This document shows positions 11,762 through 23,955 of a DNA stretch of 64,000 nt, piece after piece. Position numbers and translations under genes: made by a program. The notes below the pieces were generated by a model that worked only from the letters and a program-made list of their open reading frames with translations, was not told the origin of the DNA and made no database searches. Source of the DNA: Fimicolochytrium jonesii (Eukaryota); assembly GCF_025526975.1 (NCBI RefSeq), contig NW_026515668.1, positions 1,054,001 to 1,118,000 on the forward strand, read 5' to 3'. Each line of letters starts with the position of its first letter. The stretch's first letter is position 1.

Positions 11762-12469
11762 GAATGGGACACGTTCGCATTGGACGCGGCGTTGGAATGG
11801 CGTCGGCGTACGTTGGTTCTCAGACATAGCTTGGCCCACTGGGGATATAGCATAGGTCAGACTTAACAGACAGACAGGCAGAACCTATATTACCTCCCCG
11901 CTCCAGCCCCTTCGGGCTTGAGTTCACATGTGGTTGCTTGAACTCTGGTGATACGGCGGATGTATTCTTTCTGTACATACTTACATACAGACTATTGCAC
12001 AACTCGACTTTCTTCAATATCTGCTACCTCCGTAGGTATCATCAGTAAAACATTTTGATTCAGACAGCAAAAGAGACCCCGATATGCGGTATCGAAACAT
12101 CCCCAAGATGTGCGATCCTCACACCTCCACCGCGGTATTTAGGCACATAGGGCACTGAAAAATCGAATTTGCATTGCACTACGTATGTACATACAGATTA
12201 TACAGATGTTGGAGGAAAAGCAAAAGACTACGCCGCGCATGACATAGAGGGAAGAGACAGAATCCGAGTGGGGAAGAAAGTCCTACGAAAAAGGCCGGCG
12301 AAAGGGGGGTATGGCGAAATGATGGATATATACACGCCGGTCCCATTGCGCGGTGGGAACTGAAAAAGTGAAGTGGGTGTTCAATGCAAGGTCAAGTCCG
12401 GGATATCAAGGGCATTGTTGCTCTGCACAAGAGTTTGGACCGAGAGTCTTAGTGTCTGTCGAGGAAAAC

Positions 12470-14665
12470 TCATCCTAGAATGCTTTGCGGAAATACGCCG
12501 CTGAGCCCTGTTCGGGTATTCACGCCAGATGCCCAACCGTCGTTGAATAGTTGACTATAAAGCGAGATGCGGAGTGGCTTGATGAATAGATGCCCATGCC
12601 ATGTAGAAAGGTAAGAGACAAAGGCTCTCACCTGATCTCAATGGTATCCCCGGGAGCAATCTCAATCTCATCTTCCTGGCCAGGGGTGAATCCTTTCATC
12701 GCTTCCCTTCTGTCGAAAGTCGGGCTACCTCCGTTGGCCGAGCCAGCCGCTCCAGCCGCCGCCGCCGCACCCAAGCCTCCCGCCGCAGCCGCGGCTCCAT
12801 ACGCTGGGTTGTACCCATGCCCATGCCCGTCCACGTTCAGCACGTCGTGGCTGACCGGACCGTCCCCGGGATTGCCGTACATATAATACGGCGATGGCCC
12901 ACGCTGAGCGCCGTATTCGTCAACGTAACCAGAGAGCATCTGTTGTCCTGAGCCACTCGAATACGGGCTGATGGCTCTCATCGATTGTTGGGAGGGACTC
13001 TCACGAAGACTGCTGTCGTGCCCAACTACCATGTTCTCGTGGATGGCAGGAATGATGGATGGGGAGTCAGACCGAAGGACTTTGCTGTTGGCCCCAAAGA
13101 GACCAGTCATAGGCTCGTTGAAAGGTAGATCGCGGTCATTGGCTTTCGCGCGTTTGTCGCGCAAGTAGCGGTAAACGCTGGTTCCCAGCACTCCGAGAAC
13201 AACGAGGCCAAAGAGACCTCCGACAATGCCTCCGATAATGGGTCTATCACCAGACGAGTGAATACATCTCTCAAAGCACTCAATCATACATTCGGGAACC
13301 ATGAAAACCTACCCCGTGTGAGTGGTACTCCCACCATCTTGCAAATTGCCGATATCTATGACGAAATAGGATGAGCATTCCGCCGGAGCAAAGCGAGCAT
13401 GAGGGTTCATGGATTGCATACCTGATCTGCCGGTCGTGACCGGCAAGGGCGTCGATGTGACGACAACATCATCAACCCATACGGTGGTAGTAGTTCTGAC
13501 AGCACCGTTAGAAGTATACACGAGAGCTGAGCTGCGAGTCACAGGAGTAGTGTAGACGGTCGGCGACGGTGTGAACGTGGTGAGCTTCGCCGGATCTTTC
13601 GGAGGAGGGGCGGGGTTGGTTGTAGGCTGAGTGGGAGGATTGGTAACTGGATTGGCAGTTGGAGGTCGAGTATTAGTCACTGTTTCAATGATCGGGGGAT
13701 TCGTCGGGGAGGGTTTGGGGGAGGGGGAATTGGAAGGGGTATCGATCGGGGGGATTGGGGTATTGGGGCGGGTGGTAGGGTCCGGGGTATCAGACCGAGT
13801 AGCAATTGGGGTATTGATTGGAGTATCAACAGGGATATCAATTGGGGAATCAATCGGGCCAGCGGGAGTACCAGTTGGGGGAGCAGGCGATGCCGGCGGA
13901 GAGTCGACAGGAGATGGCGCAGTCGGGCCATTCGGACCGTTGGTGGTAGGTTCGGGAGGAGGTCGAGTGACGGGGGAATTGGGAGGGGGGTTGGGGGTAG
14001 GGGAGGGACGATCAGTAGGAGACGGGCTTCCATCTGTCAAAGCTATAGGTTAGCCAGAAGGCTCCTACGCCACGACAGGGACAGAATACGAAATCTGAGC
14101 AAAATGCATACCTCCTCCGTCGCTGGGTGGGAGTGTGGTTGGGCGCCCACCATCATTACCTTTGTTACCAGAGACGAGATGGGATATGTATTAGGAACAA
14201 TGTACGCCAGGCACAACCATAAGCAAACGTCATACCTGGTGAGTTTGTCGGGGAGTTTGTCGGTGGAGGAGGTGGCTCGATTGTTGGGGGAGGGGTCGGG
14301 GGCCTTGTCGTAGGAGGAGGACGCTCGGTTGTCGAGGGCTCGTTTGGACGGTCGGTTGTAGGGGGAGGTGGAGGAGTAGATGGACCGACTGGCGAAGCTG
14401 GTGTCGGTGAATCTGCAGGGTTCCCAGGACTAGGAGCGGCATCACTAGGACTGGGTGCAGGTTTCCCAGGACTAGGAGCGGCATCACTAGGACCAGGTGC
14501 AGGGTTCCCAGGACTAGGAGCGGCATTGCCAGGACTAGGAGCAGGAGCATCAGGGCTCTGCGCTGGGGGCGCCGGTGCGGGACTCTGGGCGGTGGCGGAG
14601 CCCAGGATGGCAACAAGGGCCATCATCAGAGCGACGATGACCCGGAATGGCATGTTGAAAAGCAT
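12470..14665 (-). CDS. cell-surface Pro/Thr-rich single-pass membrane protein with C-terminal SH3 domain
   Basis: Signal peptide (…VALMMALVAILGSATAQ), a mucin-like P/T stalk and a TM segment (IIGGIVGGLFGLVVLGVLG). SH3 reads AMKGFTPGQEDEIEIAPGDTIEI|SQLFNDGWASGVNTRTGLSGVFPQSILG*. Multi-exon. Confidence 0.8.
14410..14550. repeat. coding tandem repeat (about 21/42-bp units) encoding AAPSPG(N/K)PAP(G/S)PSD
   Basis: Repeated ttcccaggactaggagcggca(tcactaggac) units. Confidence 0.8.
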
Positions 14666-15973
14666 CTCCCTTGACGGCTTTGGTGAGCCCCAATTGCTGT
14701 TGTGTGTTGATTCCCGGATCTCTAACTTGGTTCAAGTTGAGAAGAGATTCCTGTTCGTGGTGGTGGTATCGATATAGCGGTGGATATTTTTGTTGGGGCG
14801 TGAGAAAGGGGAACTCTCAGGCAGATTCATATACGCTACATCATACTGTACAGTACAGTACGTATGTACGTACTGTAGATAGATCATATGGAGGCGGATT
14901 TCACGGGCACTGCCGCATCCAGGTGGTGCCCAAAAGGCGTCCCTCGCGAGTCGCAGCCAAGCGCTCCAAGCGCCCTCCGGGTAATTTTGAGTGGAATTGA
15001 CACTGATTTTCCTAAAATCGCTATGAACCATACCGACGGGGAAATCGTACGGGTGTGCTTGCAGGTCCGCTTTGTCCATTCGTTCAGGGGCACACCATCC
15101 AGCTCAAGGACATTCACGGAGGAACGAGGTGCAGGAGTGGATGGAATCATGCGGGCGCACGTGACGGAAAAGGGAGATTATTTACGAAGCTAGGTGCCCC
15201 ATATGGGCACGGCATTCTCCTTTCCCCTTTCTCTTTCTCTCCCTCCCTTTTTCCCACGCCCGCATAGTCACAAAGCTCAAAGCACCCACCCTCCTCTCCC
15301 TGGGATACGTACTGTATTATGTATATGTTTGTGTGGGTCGGAGCCCACGCCGCAATATGATGGCCCCTTTTTCACCCAAACGGCGAAGAGTGCGATGAGC
15401 GATGAAGTCCATTCAACGCACAAATCTGATGGAAGGAGGAGGGATGGCTTTCATCAACGCGTTCCCCGGATACAAATGTCAAACGGCAGAATCACCCGCC
15501 TCCGCCGCAGCAAGGCTTTGCGCCAACAAAAACCGGTTGCGTAAAATGTCCGTGAGTACCAACCTTGAAACTTCGGAAAACCGATAGGGGAAGAGAGTGT
15601 CATGTGCATGGGAAACGATGTTTCTCTGATGGTTTTCTTTAGAGTATATTACAGAACGGCAAACCGCCGAAGATGACGATTATCAAGTTGAAAAGAGCAT
15701 CTAACTACACAATCATATGAGGGACAAAAAGTTCGCAAGTACGCCGAGAGGGGTTATGTAAAGCTACGGCATACTGTATACAGGGGTACGCGGCGTACGC
15801 AAATATAGGGAAAGAACAAGGAAAACTATAGCTCAAGTATCTATGGAGGTGGATAGTACGGCGTAGGAGAGGAAATAGCGGCGGAAGGCAGTGGAGTCGT
15901 ACGACAATGCGCGAAAGAAGCAACAGCGGTAGTTGGCACAGGTATATAGGCGTCATCGAAATCGTCCACAAGG

Positions 15974-17875
15974 CTAACGGATGTAATCGCTGCCGTGCGC
16001 CCGGTCCGACTGTCTCAGATCATGGTGGAAGCTCTGCCTCCTCAGATCGAAATCCCCGCCGCTCTCCTCATCGTGTAGCGGCAGCGAGCGGATCGAATCC
16101 TCATACCCGTCGCCGTCATGCCCATACCCATCGGCCTCCATGCCACCATAGCTGTCTCGGCGGTGGTGAGAGCGAGACTCCTCACCCTCGTAGTCGTCTC
16201 CGTCGCCTTCGCGCGGCAGAGTCCCGATCATGATGTTGACGATGGTGGCCGAATCGTCGACGGACTCTGCGTCCGCGTCGATGCCCCCCTTCAGATGGCC
16301 GCCTCCCATGCCGTCACCGCCGGACGGCGCATCGTCGTCCGTAATGGTGGGGATGCCGCCAGCCCGCAACGCCGCGAGCGCCGCCGCCTCCTCCGCGGCC
16401 CGTCGCCGACGCAGCTTGATGTGTGCGTAGGAGTACCACGCCCCGACAATCGTGACGGGAGCGAGCACGAGACCAAACAGGAGGCCGTATAAGCCGTGGC
16501 CTTTACCCCCACCGTCGCCGCCGTCCCCTCGTGGCGGAGGCTTCGGTGTGTTGATAGGGTCGTTGCCCGGACCGCTAGGGGTGCTGGGGGCGGCGTTGGC
16601 GTCCGCCGGATTGTACGTGACGAGCGAGCTTGCATTGGCCCAGACGAGGGTATCCTGCAAGGTGGTGAGGTCGGTTTTGAAAGCGGCCAGGACGTCCGGT
16701 GCGGCCGTGATGCGGTAATCCATAGAGGCATTGCGGTTTTGCAGGTCGTCGCGGAAATTGATCATCTTTAGAAGCGGGAACTGGGCGCGGAAGTTTCTGT
16801 CAAAGATTTGTCGCCACCAGGCCTGCTTGACAGCTAATTCGGTCGGGCCGCCGGTCGGGGGCACGGATTGATTCTTGTTGTCGCGCAGGTACATGGCTCC
16901 TGTCGCCAGCAACATGAAAGGAATGTTTTTTCCCGCGGCCGTGGCGTACGTGTTGTAGAAGTTGACGTTACTACGAGTATTGACACCCTGGATGACATCA
17001 GACACGAAGGTCTTGTTGGGCAGCTCGTTGCGATCCCACGGATACACGTTCCCTTTGTAGCTGACGGACAGACCGACCCAGGCTGGCTCAAACCCTTGCT
17101 GCGGATAGTACGGTGAGTACGGGTCATCGTTCTCGTCAAGGCGACCATCCCCGTTTGTATCCACATTCTTAGGAATGGCTGCGCCGCGTGTCGAGTTGAC
17201 ATTTGCTTTCCAAGGATAGCCCAAACCAGCCTCTGGTGCCCATACGAGCGCCGTTTTATTGGCCATTTCTTCACCCGCTAAGAATTGAGATATTCTGTTC
17301 CACGCTGAACTGAACGTCGTTGGCTGCTGGCCCCAAGCGACGCCATACAGAGGATTCGCATTCATGGAAGGTGCGAATACCAGGAAGACCCCTCGCCCCC
17401 GCATGTTAAGACCTTTGCAGATATTGACGATTTTCTGGCAATCCGTGTCGGTAAAATTCTTGACGTCCAGACCCTTCCGTGGGTACACATTCAATTGCAC
17501 GTAGGCGTCCGTCTTGGTGGCATCGATGAGGTCCAGGTGACTCTCGACGTTGTTTGGGCCTTTTGGGATGTCCGTCCGCGAGGGGACATACATGGAAAAG
17601 GCAAACGCCGAGAATTGCCTGCCTACTCGGTTGTTGAAGTCGGCGGGGTGGTCAACGTCGTTATCCAGGGTGGCTCCGATGAGGATCTTATTTTCGGGTG
17701 GGAGGAGCGGTGGCCCAGCGGGAGGTGCTGGGGTGGTTTCCGGTAGTTCGACGGATGTAGAGGTCGCTTCGGGGTCCTGGGCGAGAACAATGCCGCACAT
17801 CAGCAGCAGGAGGATGAGAAGGGCGGAACATGGTGAGGAAAGGAACTGGGTGGTTCTCCGGGGGAATCGAGACAT
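15974..17875 (-). CDS. membrane-anchored glycoside hydrolase family 26-like protein, probably catalytically inactive
   Basis: 633 aa, intronless. Signal peptide; motifs WGQQP, ALVWAP, DTNGDG...DDPYSPYYP, WVGLS, KQAWWRQ, FPLLKMINF; TM segment near residue 470; acidic cytoplasmic tail. Confidence 0.75.
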   Translation of the reverse strand: MSRFPRRTTQFLSSPCSALLILLLLMCGIVLAQDPEATSTSVELPETTPAPPAGPPLLPPENKILIGATLDNDVDHPADFNNRVGRQFSAFAFSMYVPSRTDIPKGPNNVESHLDLIDATKTDAYVQLNVYPRKGLDVKNFTDTDCQKIVNICKGLNMRGRGVFLVFAPSMNANPLYGVAWGQQPTTFSSAWNRISQFLAGEEMANKTALVWAPEAGLGYPWKANVNSTRGAAIPKNVDTNGDGRLDENDDPYSPYYPQQGFEPAWVGLSVSYKGNVYPWDRNELPNKTFVSDVIQGVNTRSNVNFYNTYATAAGKNIPFMLLATGAMYLRDNKNQSVPPTGGPTELAVKQAWWRQIFDRNFRAQFPLLKMINFRDDLQNRNASMDYRITAAPDVLAAFKTDLTTLQDTLVWANASSLVTYNPADANAAPSTPSGPGNDPINTPKPPPRGDGGDGGGKGHGLYGLLFGLVLAPVTIVGAWYSYAHIKLRRRRAAEEAAALAALRAGGIPTITDDDAPSGGDGMGGGHLKGGIDADAESVDDSATIVNIMIGTLPREGDGDDYEGEESRSHHRRDSYGGMEADGYGHDGDGYEDSIRSLPLHDEESGGDFDLRRQSFHHDLRQSDRAHGSDYIR

Positions 17876-18787
17876 TGCGAAAGGGTTTCTCGGCTGTCAG
17901 TCGAGTTGGTAATTGTTGTGGTGTGCGGTGGGGTGGTGACGTGGAAGTGCAACGCAGGAATGTCCTTGACTAACAAGAGCTGGCTGGCTAAGACACCTGC
18001 GTAGCTTGTCTGCCTGCCGCGTGAGCGTGCCTGCTGAACTTCGCCGTTCCTCTGCTGGCAGACGAATGGAACGTTCTGCCCTGAACCAAGATCGCCGCTG
18101 GGAGTGTTAGTTGACTTGGGAGGTGTGAAGGGAGGCCCGCCACCTTACTGGGAATGAAGGCGGACGAGAAACACCTTGTGATGAGAATTAGACCACCCAT
18201 CGATGTTGCGTTTTGATTTGGGGCTTAGGATTTTGATTAGAACCCTTGCCCTTTCTTTCCAGCGGCAATCAGAAGGGTTCTCCGGGTGTCGCGTGTGTCG
18301 GCCAATTTGAATTGCAACGTCAAATTTGACTTTCCTGCGGTTCACATTAGTGCCGCAGGTGTGATCTCGTGTTCTGTGAAGGTGGCCTTCCGGATGCTGG
18401 TAAAGCTGAATGATGATCAGAACCGACACCGTGGTTCGAGGACATTGACGGTTCCGCCGTCAACGGAGCTCTGAGCCTCTGACTGATGTCTGCAGCTGCC
18501 AATCGCGTGTTCTTCAGGGTGACGTAGCCGCGTCCTTTGCGCGTCACTACGTAATTTCGAGATCGAGCTTTGGCGGCGGCTTTCTTTCGACAGACAAGCC
18601 TCTTTACGTTGCCAAGTTCGCCATTTTAACCGTCTACCGTCTCAAGTCATCTGCAGTGTCTCGACTCTCGAGCGCTTCGTCCAGCTGTTCATATAGAGTC
18701 AGACATCTCTGGCCCGCACGAACCATTGTCCACCAGGTCGGTTAAGATTCTATAGCTCCTCCGACAACGTCTACACGACCAACGTGA

Positions 18788-20030
18788 ATGACTCGAACGG
18801 CCAACATGCCCCAAGAACGAGTGCACGTCCTATACGAAACAAAGTCCGACAGTCTGCGGCACCTGTTACGTGAAAGTCTTTGGGAATGGGGTAAAGTTCT
18901 TCACCACATCGTACTGTACTCCGCCGACTTCCGCTTGCTCACCTCTTGCCCCCTCAGTCGCCGTGGTATGTCTCCTCGGCTTCAGCGGAGGACTGGAGTT
19001 CATCGACCCGTTCCAGCGGGTAGCTTTCGCCGAGGACTTGAAGATCGTGTACCCGCTGCGCACGCAGACGGTGCCGAGTTGGATGTTGGGTGTGCTGGCT
19101 GCTATTGTGCCGCTGGTTGTGATTTTGTTTACGTCGATTTTCGTCAAGAGGAGTGTGTTTGATGCGCACATGTCGACGTTGGGTGGGTGAAGTTCGTGCT
19201 TTTAGCAGACGGTGGACTACGAGGATCTTGTCACCAACGACAGATCCCTATCTCTCAAAGGCCTCGCAGTGTCATTAGTCTTCACCCTGATCTTCACACA
19301 GATCGTAAAGATCGCCGTCGGAAGTCTGAGGCCAGACTTTCTGGCGAGATGCCAGCCGGTCTGGAAGTACGACGACATGCTAACAGTCACTATGGTGGAC
19401 AGATGCACGGGCGACGCAGGAGACATCAAGGAAGGACGGAAGAGTTTTTTCAGTGGGCATTCAAGCAGTGCGTATACTTCTCACTTGTCTCACTGATGGT
19501 GTGGTGGAAAACTTACTCAGTCCGTTCTCGTACGTCTCATTACAGTGGCATGGAGCGGCTTGGGCTTCCTGGCCATCTACCTCGCCGGCCGCCTCAATCT
19601 CGACCGCAAACCTTTGGCACCGAAATACGCCGTCGTCACGATCCCGATCGTAGTTGCCCTCCTGATTTCAATCTCCCGCGTAGACGATTACTGGCACAGA
19701 TGGGAAGACGTCGTTGTGGGAGCCGTCGTCGGAGCCACCATCTCCGCCTGGTCATACAGCTATCACTGCACGATAGCCGAATCGGTCGTAACCGGCGACG
19801 ACAGGTCGGCATCTGGAATCGATGATACACATTCTTCCCAGCATCGCGGAAGCACGTTGACCCAGGAGGGCTCGCACGAAAGGCTGCGACCTGGCGCGAG
19901 GGTATCGTCCCACCGACAATCCACTGGCGATGTGAACATTGCCGTCGACGACGAGAGTCAGACGGCGGGAGGAAACATCAGGCAGAACAATCGCCTCGAA
20001 CAACGTAACGGCTCTTTCTTCAGATCTTGA
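18788..20030 (+). CDS. PAP2-family lipid phosphate phosphatase (DPP1/LPP1-like)
   Basis: The three PAP2 motifs KIAVGSLRPDF, SFFSGHSS and SRVDDYWHRWEDV lie across about four exons. Confidence 0.9.
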
Positions 20031-20240
20031 GTCCCCTTCCATCATTCACGATACTAGTCTCTAGGTAGAGGGTAGGGATATCCTCGTAATACTGCCATCG
20101 ACTTAGGCGGTAGATAATGAAACCCGGCGTATACGATAGACGTAGACCTCAGCCCCCTTCATATAAGGACTCGCTCTCTGATCTGTTTTCTGGTTTTAGA
20201 TACACTATGTACAGGATACAGGGGATGGTCCGACGCTGAA

Positions 20241-20902
20241 TCACTCCTGCATTGTGTCGCCATCTTCCTCTTCGATTCGTCGTACCTGTACAATGGAGAA
20301 TTGGATCGAAAACACAGTGAGAAACAGGGCGAGAAGGTGCGACGGGCGAACACTCGAAAACAGTTCCCTGCTGTGCCGAACTCTGTCTGAACTGAGGACA
20401 CTTACGTAGAGAATGTTGTTACACCTACGGGCGAAACGAAGAGAAAGTTAGTCCCAATCGAGTGGCGCATAGCGTTCGCCCTGCAAAGCAGCAAGTTCCT
20501 CCAGACGTACCGAATCAGAACCTCCCCAAGAGCCCCAGTAGACGCCCCATCTATGTACTCCTCCGTGTTCGCCAGCTATGAAAAGGAGATTCTTAGTCTG
20601 TGATCCCAGTCAGGGTGTACGCAACCCACCAGTCGCCCATTTTCGTACCTGCATGTTCATGTACGAATCCACAGACACCAAGAAGCCCTTGTACTCCTGG
20701 CCCCACTTCAACCTGACCATGATGGGTTTGCCGGTCAGCTCGTTCAGGAATGGCTTGGGGTTTACGGGGACGAACTGCGAGTGGGGAGGGACGGCCGAGA
20801 GATCAGTTCTTGAAACTTTGATACGGTCGGCACGGCAATAGGAGAACGGAAGGTCCGAGCTGAGTAGCCCTGCTCAGCGAACGATATGATACTCACAGAC
20901 AT
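20241..20902 (-). CDS. SNRPF: small nuclear ribonucleoprotein F (SmF)
   Basis: Spliced translation: [86 protein letters not shown]. Absent from the ORF track because the exons are small. Confidence 0.95.
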
Positions 20903-21275
20903 GGTGTGCGGTGTTCTTTGGGGTTGAGTGGCCGAAGATCGTTAGAGCAAGCGCCAGCTGTGAATGTGAAACCAACTAGACCAACTTTGAGCAGCTGCTC
21001 TGTGTAGCCTGTGTGAAGGCTCATTAAGGGCGCGGTCCGTGACTTCTCGTCAAGTTGCATCGAATCAGTCGCGAGGGTGGTGGAAGTCACCGACCATGCG
21101 CGGGGTCTCATTGCGTGAACTGTTCCCTTGCCTCGAGCCACTCTCCTTTGTTCACAATCGTGATCCTTTTGCACTTTTGTGCTCAACCAGAAGAAGGGAA
21201 ATAGTGATAGATCCCCAGATACGCTCACGTCAAAAGAGAGGTCTCATATTGAGTTCAGACCGTCGCTTACCTGCT

Positions 21276-23809
21276 ATGGAGTTCTTAGGTTCCAACGTCG
21301 TAAGTAGCACTTACAGGACTTCCTGGTGTTCACCGACTCGCAAGACGATGCTGAGGGCTAACGGTCATCGTTCGGGCAATAGCGGCTCTATCTAGCCAGT
21401 GGCGTAGTTGTTGATGGGAGGGTCGCCAATATTGATCAGGACACTCAACTGCTGACCTTGCAGAATGGTAAAACAATATCCTTCTCGTTATTCGCTGTCC
21501 TCGGAACACAGCTGACTTCTTGTTCCCGATTGCCTCAGTGAGCGCTACCATCAATGGCTCGACGCATCACTATCCCAGCTATCCAGTTTCGGGTCATGAT
21601 ATCAAGGATCTTCAGATTGTAACGGCAGTGGATGCACAAGCTCGTCGTCCTCCAGAACCCCCGCAACCCCCGGCACCTGCCGGCCCGCCTCTTCCCCAAC
21701 CCCGCTACCAAGAGGCTCCACTGCCTCCTCAGTACCCAGTTCCTGGACAGCACCCTGGTCATCATCCACATCAGCATTTTCATCATCCCCACCAGCACGT
21801 TCCGGCACCCCATGGGCCCCCGGGTCCACCAGCGTTCCCGTACGCTGCTCAGCCTGAACCGTTTCATCAGCATCAACCCCCGCCGCATCAATTTCATTCT
21901 CAAGCACAACCGCAGCATGTGTCGTCGCATGCTCCGCCATCTCATGTGCATAAAGTTGAGTCGGAGCAAGGGCCCCAGGCGCGACCAAAGCCAACTACAC
22001 TGTTTCAAGATCCAGCCATTATCTCGGTAACGTAACATGGCGTATATCTTCCATCATATGGGCTTCTCTGATTCTCTACAATCTCTCCAGATGTCACCCA
22101 GTCCAAGCAAATCGCAATATCCTACAAAGATCCTATCCAGAGGTGCAAATACTCCCAAACAATCATCTGGTTTGGCACGGACGCCGCCCGTTATGGCCAA
22201 GACACCATCAGGTGGCTCCAGCGTTGAAAGACGCTCTCAAACAGTAAGGATATTGGGTAGTAGAGTCCACACTCGCAGCAATGGCTGATTTTAACCCCCT
22301 CTCTAGCCGAAAGCCGCACGTCATACGGGAGGACAAAATCATGCAGCACACGCTATAACAGTCACTGAAAGCGAGTTGGACGGCGAGGTGGATTTCTCAG
22401 ATCTGAATGGTACAAGCGCCAATGAATCTCCAATGCAATCTAGAACAAATGGAAACTCGCGCAGGAGGGTAGCTGATGGCAGACGAAGCAATTCGAGAGG
22501 AGGGCGAGAATCGCAAGGAAGACGCGATGGGCAATCCCCCAACGGCGGGAAATTAAGGAAGGGCCGACGTGAAGAGACCTTCAAGGAGGATGTAGCAAAC
22601 TTGTCCGATGATTTCGACTTTCAAGCGGGGTTGACTCAGTTCGACAAACGTCGCGAATTTGAGAAGATCAGGGAGGCAGATGAGACCGACCCCGAAACGC
22701 TTCTCGTCAGTCACAATCGCCTCCGACCTGTGCCTCAGGGCATGCAGAAGATGGGAATCAGGCAAATGGTTCTGGACTCGTCAGTAGCTCCGAGTGGGGA
22801 GGAGACGGGAAACGAAGCGGAAGTCGAAAGCGCATCAGACAGCGAGGAGGCGGTTGCGCTGGCCGGCCTTCCCGAAGAAGCCCCACCTCTCGTAGAGTTT
22901 GGGGGCTCGAGAAGGCGGATTTGTCAAACGTTGGGCGGCGTGGCCGTCCCAGCTGTCACTCCCGGCGAGATGTTGGAGATTGAGAGGATTGCAGGCACGG
23001 AGACCGGGCCGAGCGATGAACAAATGATCGAAAATGGTGGACGTGGGTGCGCCATGATGATCCTGCAAGCGCTTGGAGGGAACAGACGGATCAAACCTGG
23101 AAATCATAACGATGGGCCATTGGTCGTTGTGTTGACCGGGAACAACAAGATTGGCGCGTTCGGGCTCTGCGCGGCACGACATCTGGCAAATCACGAATGC
23201 AATGTCATCGTCTCCGCTGTGGGCACTGAGGCGGAGATGGTCAACTCTGTTGCTGCACAGCACAAAACATACGTGTTCAGCGGCGGGAAACTCGCCAAGG
23301 GCATGGTTGATCTTCCACACCCGGCATCACAGCCCGTCGATTTGATTGTCGATGCGTTGCTAGGCACACACCAGAGCATTTTGGATCTGAGCGAGCATGA
23401 TCGGAGTCTGGTCTGCCAGTTGTTCCAGTATGCGAATGAAAATAAGGCGAATGTTTTGAGTTTGGATTTCGCGAGCGGTGTGCACGGTACAACAGGTGCG
23501 TTCAGTGCTTTCTCCCTTCCCGTCCATTGATGACAGCTGTGGACTGAAATAATGAATTCCATAGGAGTCCCCATGTCTCCCCTGCACCACATCAAACCTA
23601 AATGGACCTTAGCCCTAGGTCTTCCCAAAATCGGGCACCTACGCGCAGACCGCGAAGTCGTCGGCGAGCTCTTCCTCGCCGACCTTGGCATCCCACGTGT
23701 GGTCTTCCAAAAAGTCAATCTTTCCAAAAGCCAGGGGAATAACAAGTTTAGGTGGATCCCGCCTTTCGGCGACAAGTTTTTGGTCGGGTTGGAGATTGCC
23801 GACGTGTAG
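21276..23809 (+). CDS. EDC3: enhancer of mRNA decapping 3 (LSm-FDF-YjeF_N)
   Basis: N-terminal LSm domain (MEFLGSNV|RLYLASGVVVDGRVANIDQDTQLLTL), FDF motif DFDFQAGLTQFDK...LLVSHN, and YjeF_N domain (QMIENGGRG, DLIVDALLG, LFLADLGIP). Confidence 0.9.
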
Positions 23810-23955
23810 TGTAGAGTGCAGCTAATTATCGACCAGTCATATTCCCCCTGCTCTTCAATGTACATTATTTTCCTGTAAGGGTTCCACCCCTACAGCCGTC
23901 TAATTCTTCGAATCCCAAAACTGCATCTCGGCTTCCAAGTCCATCGTACACGCGT

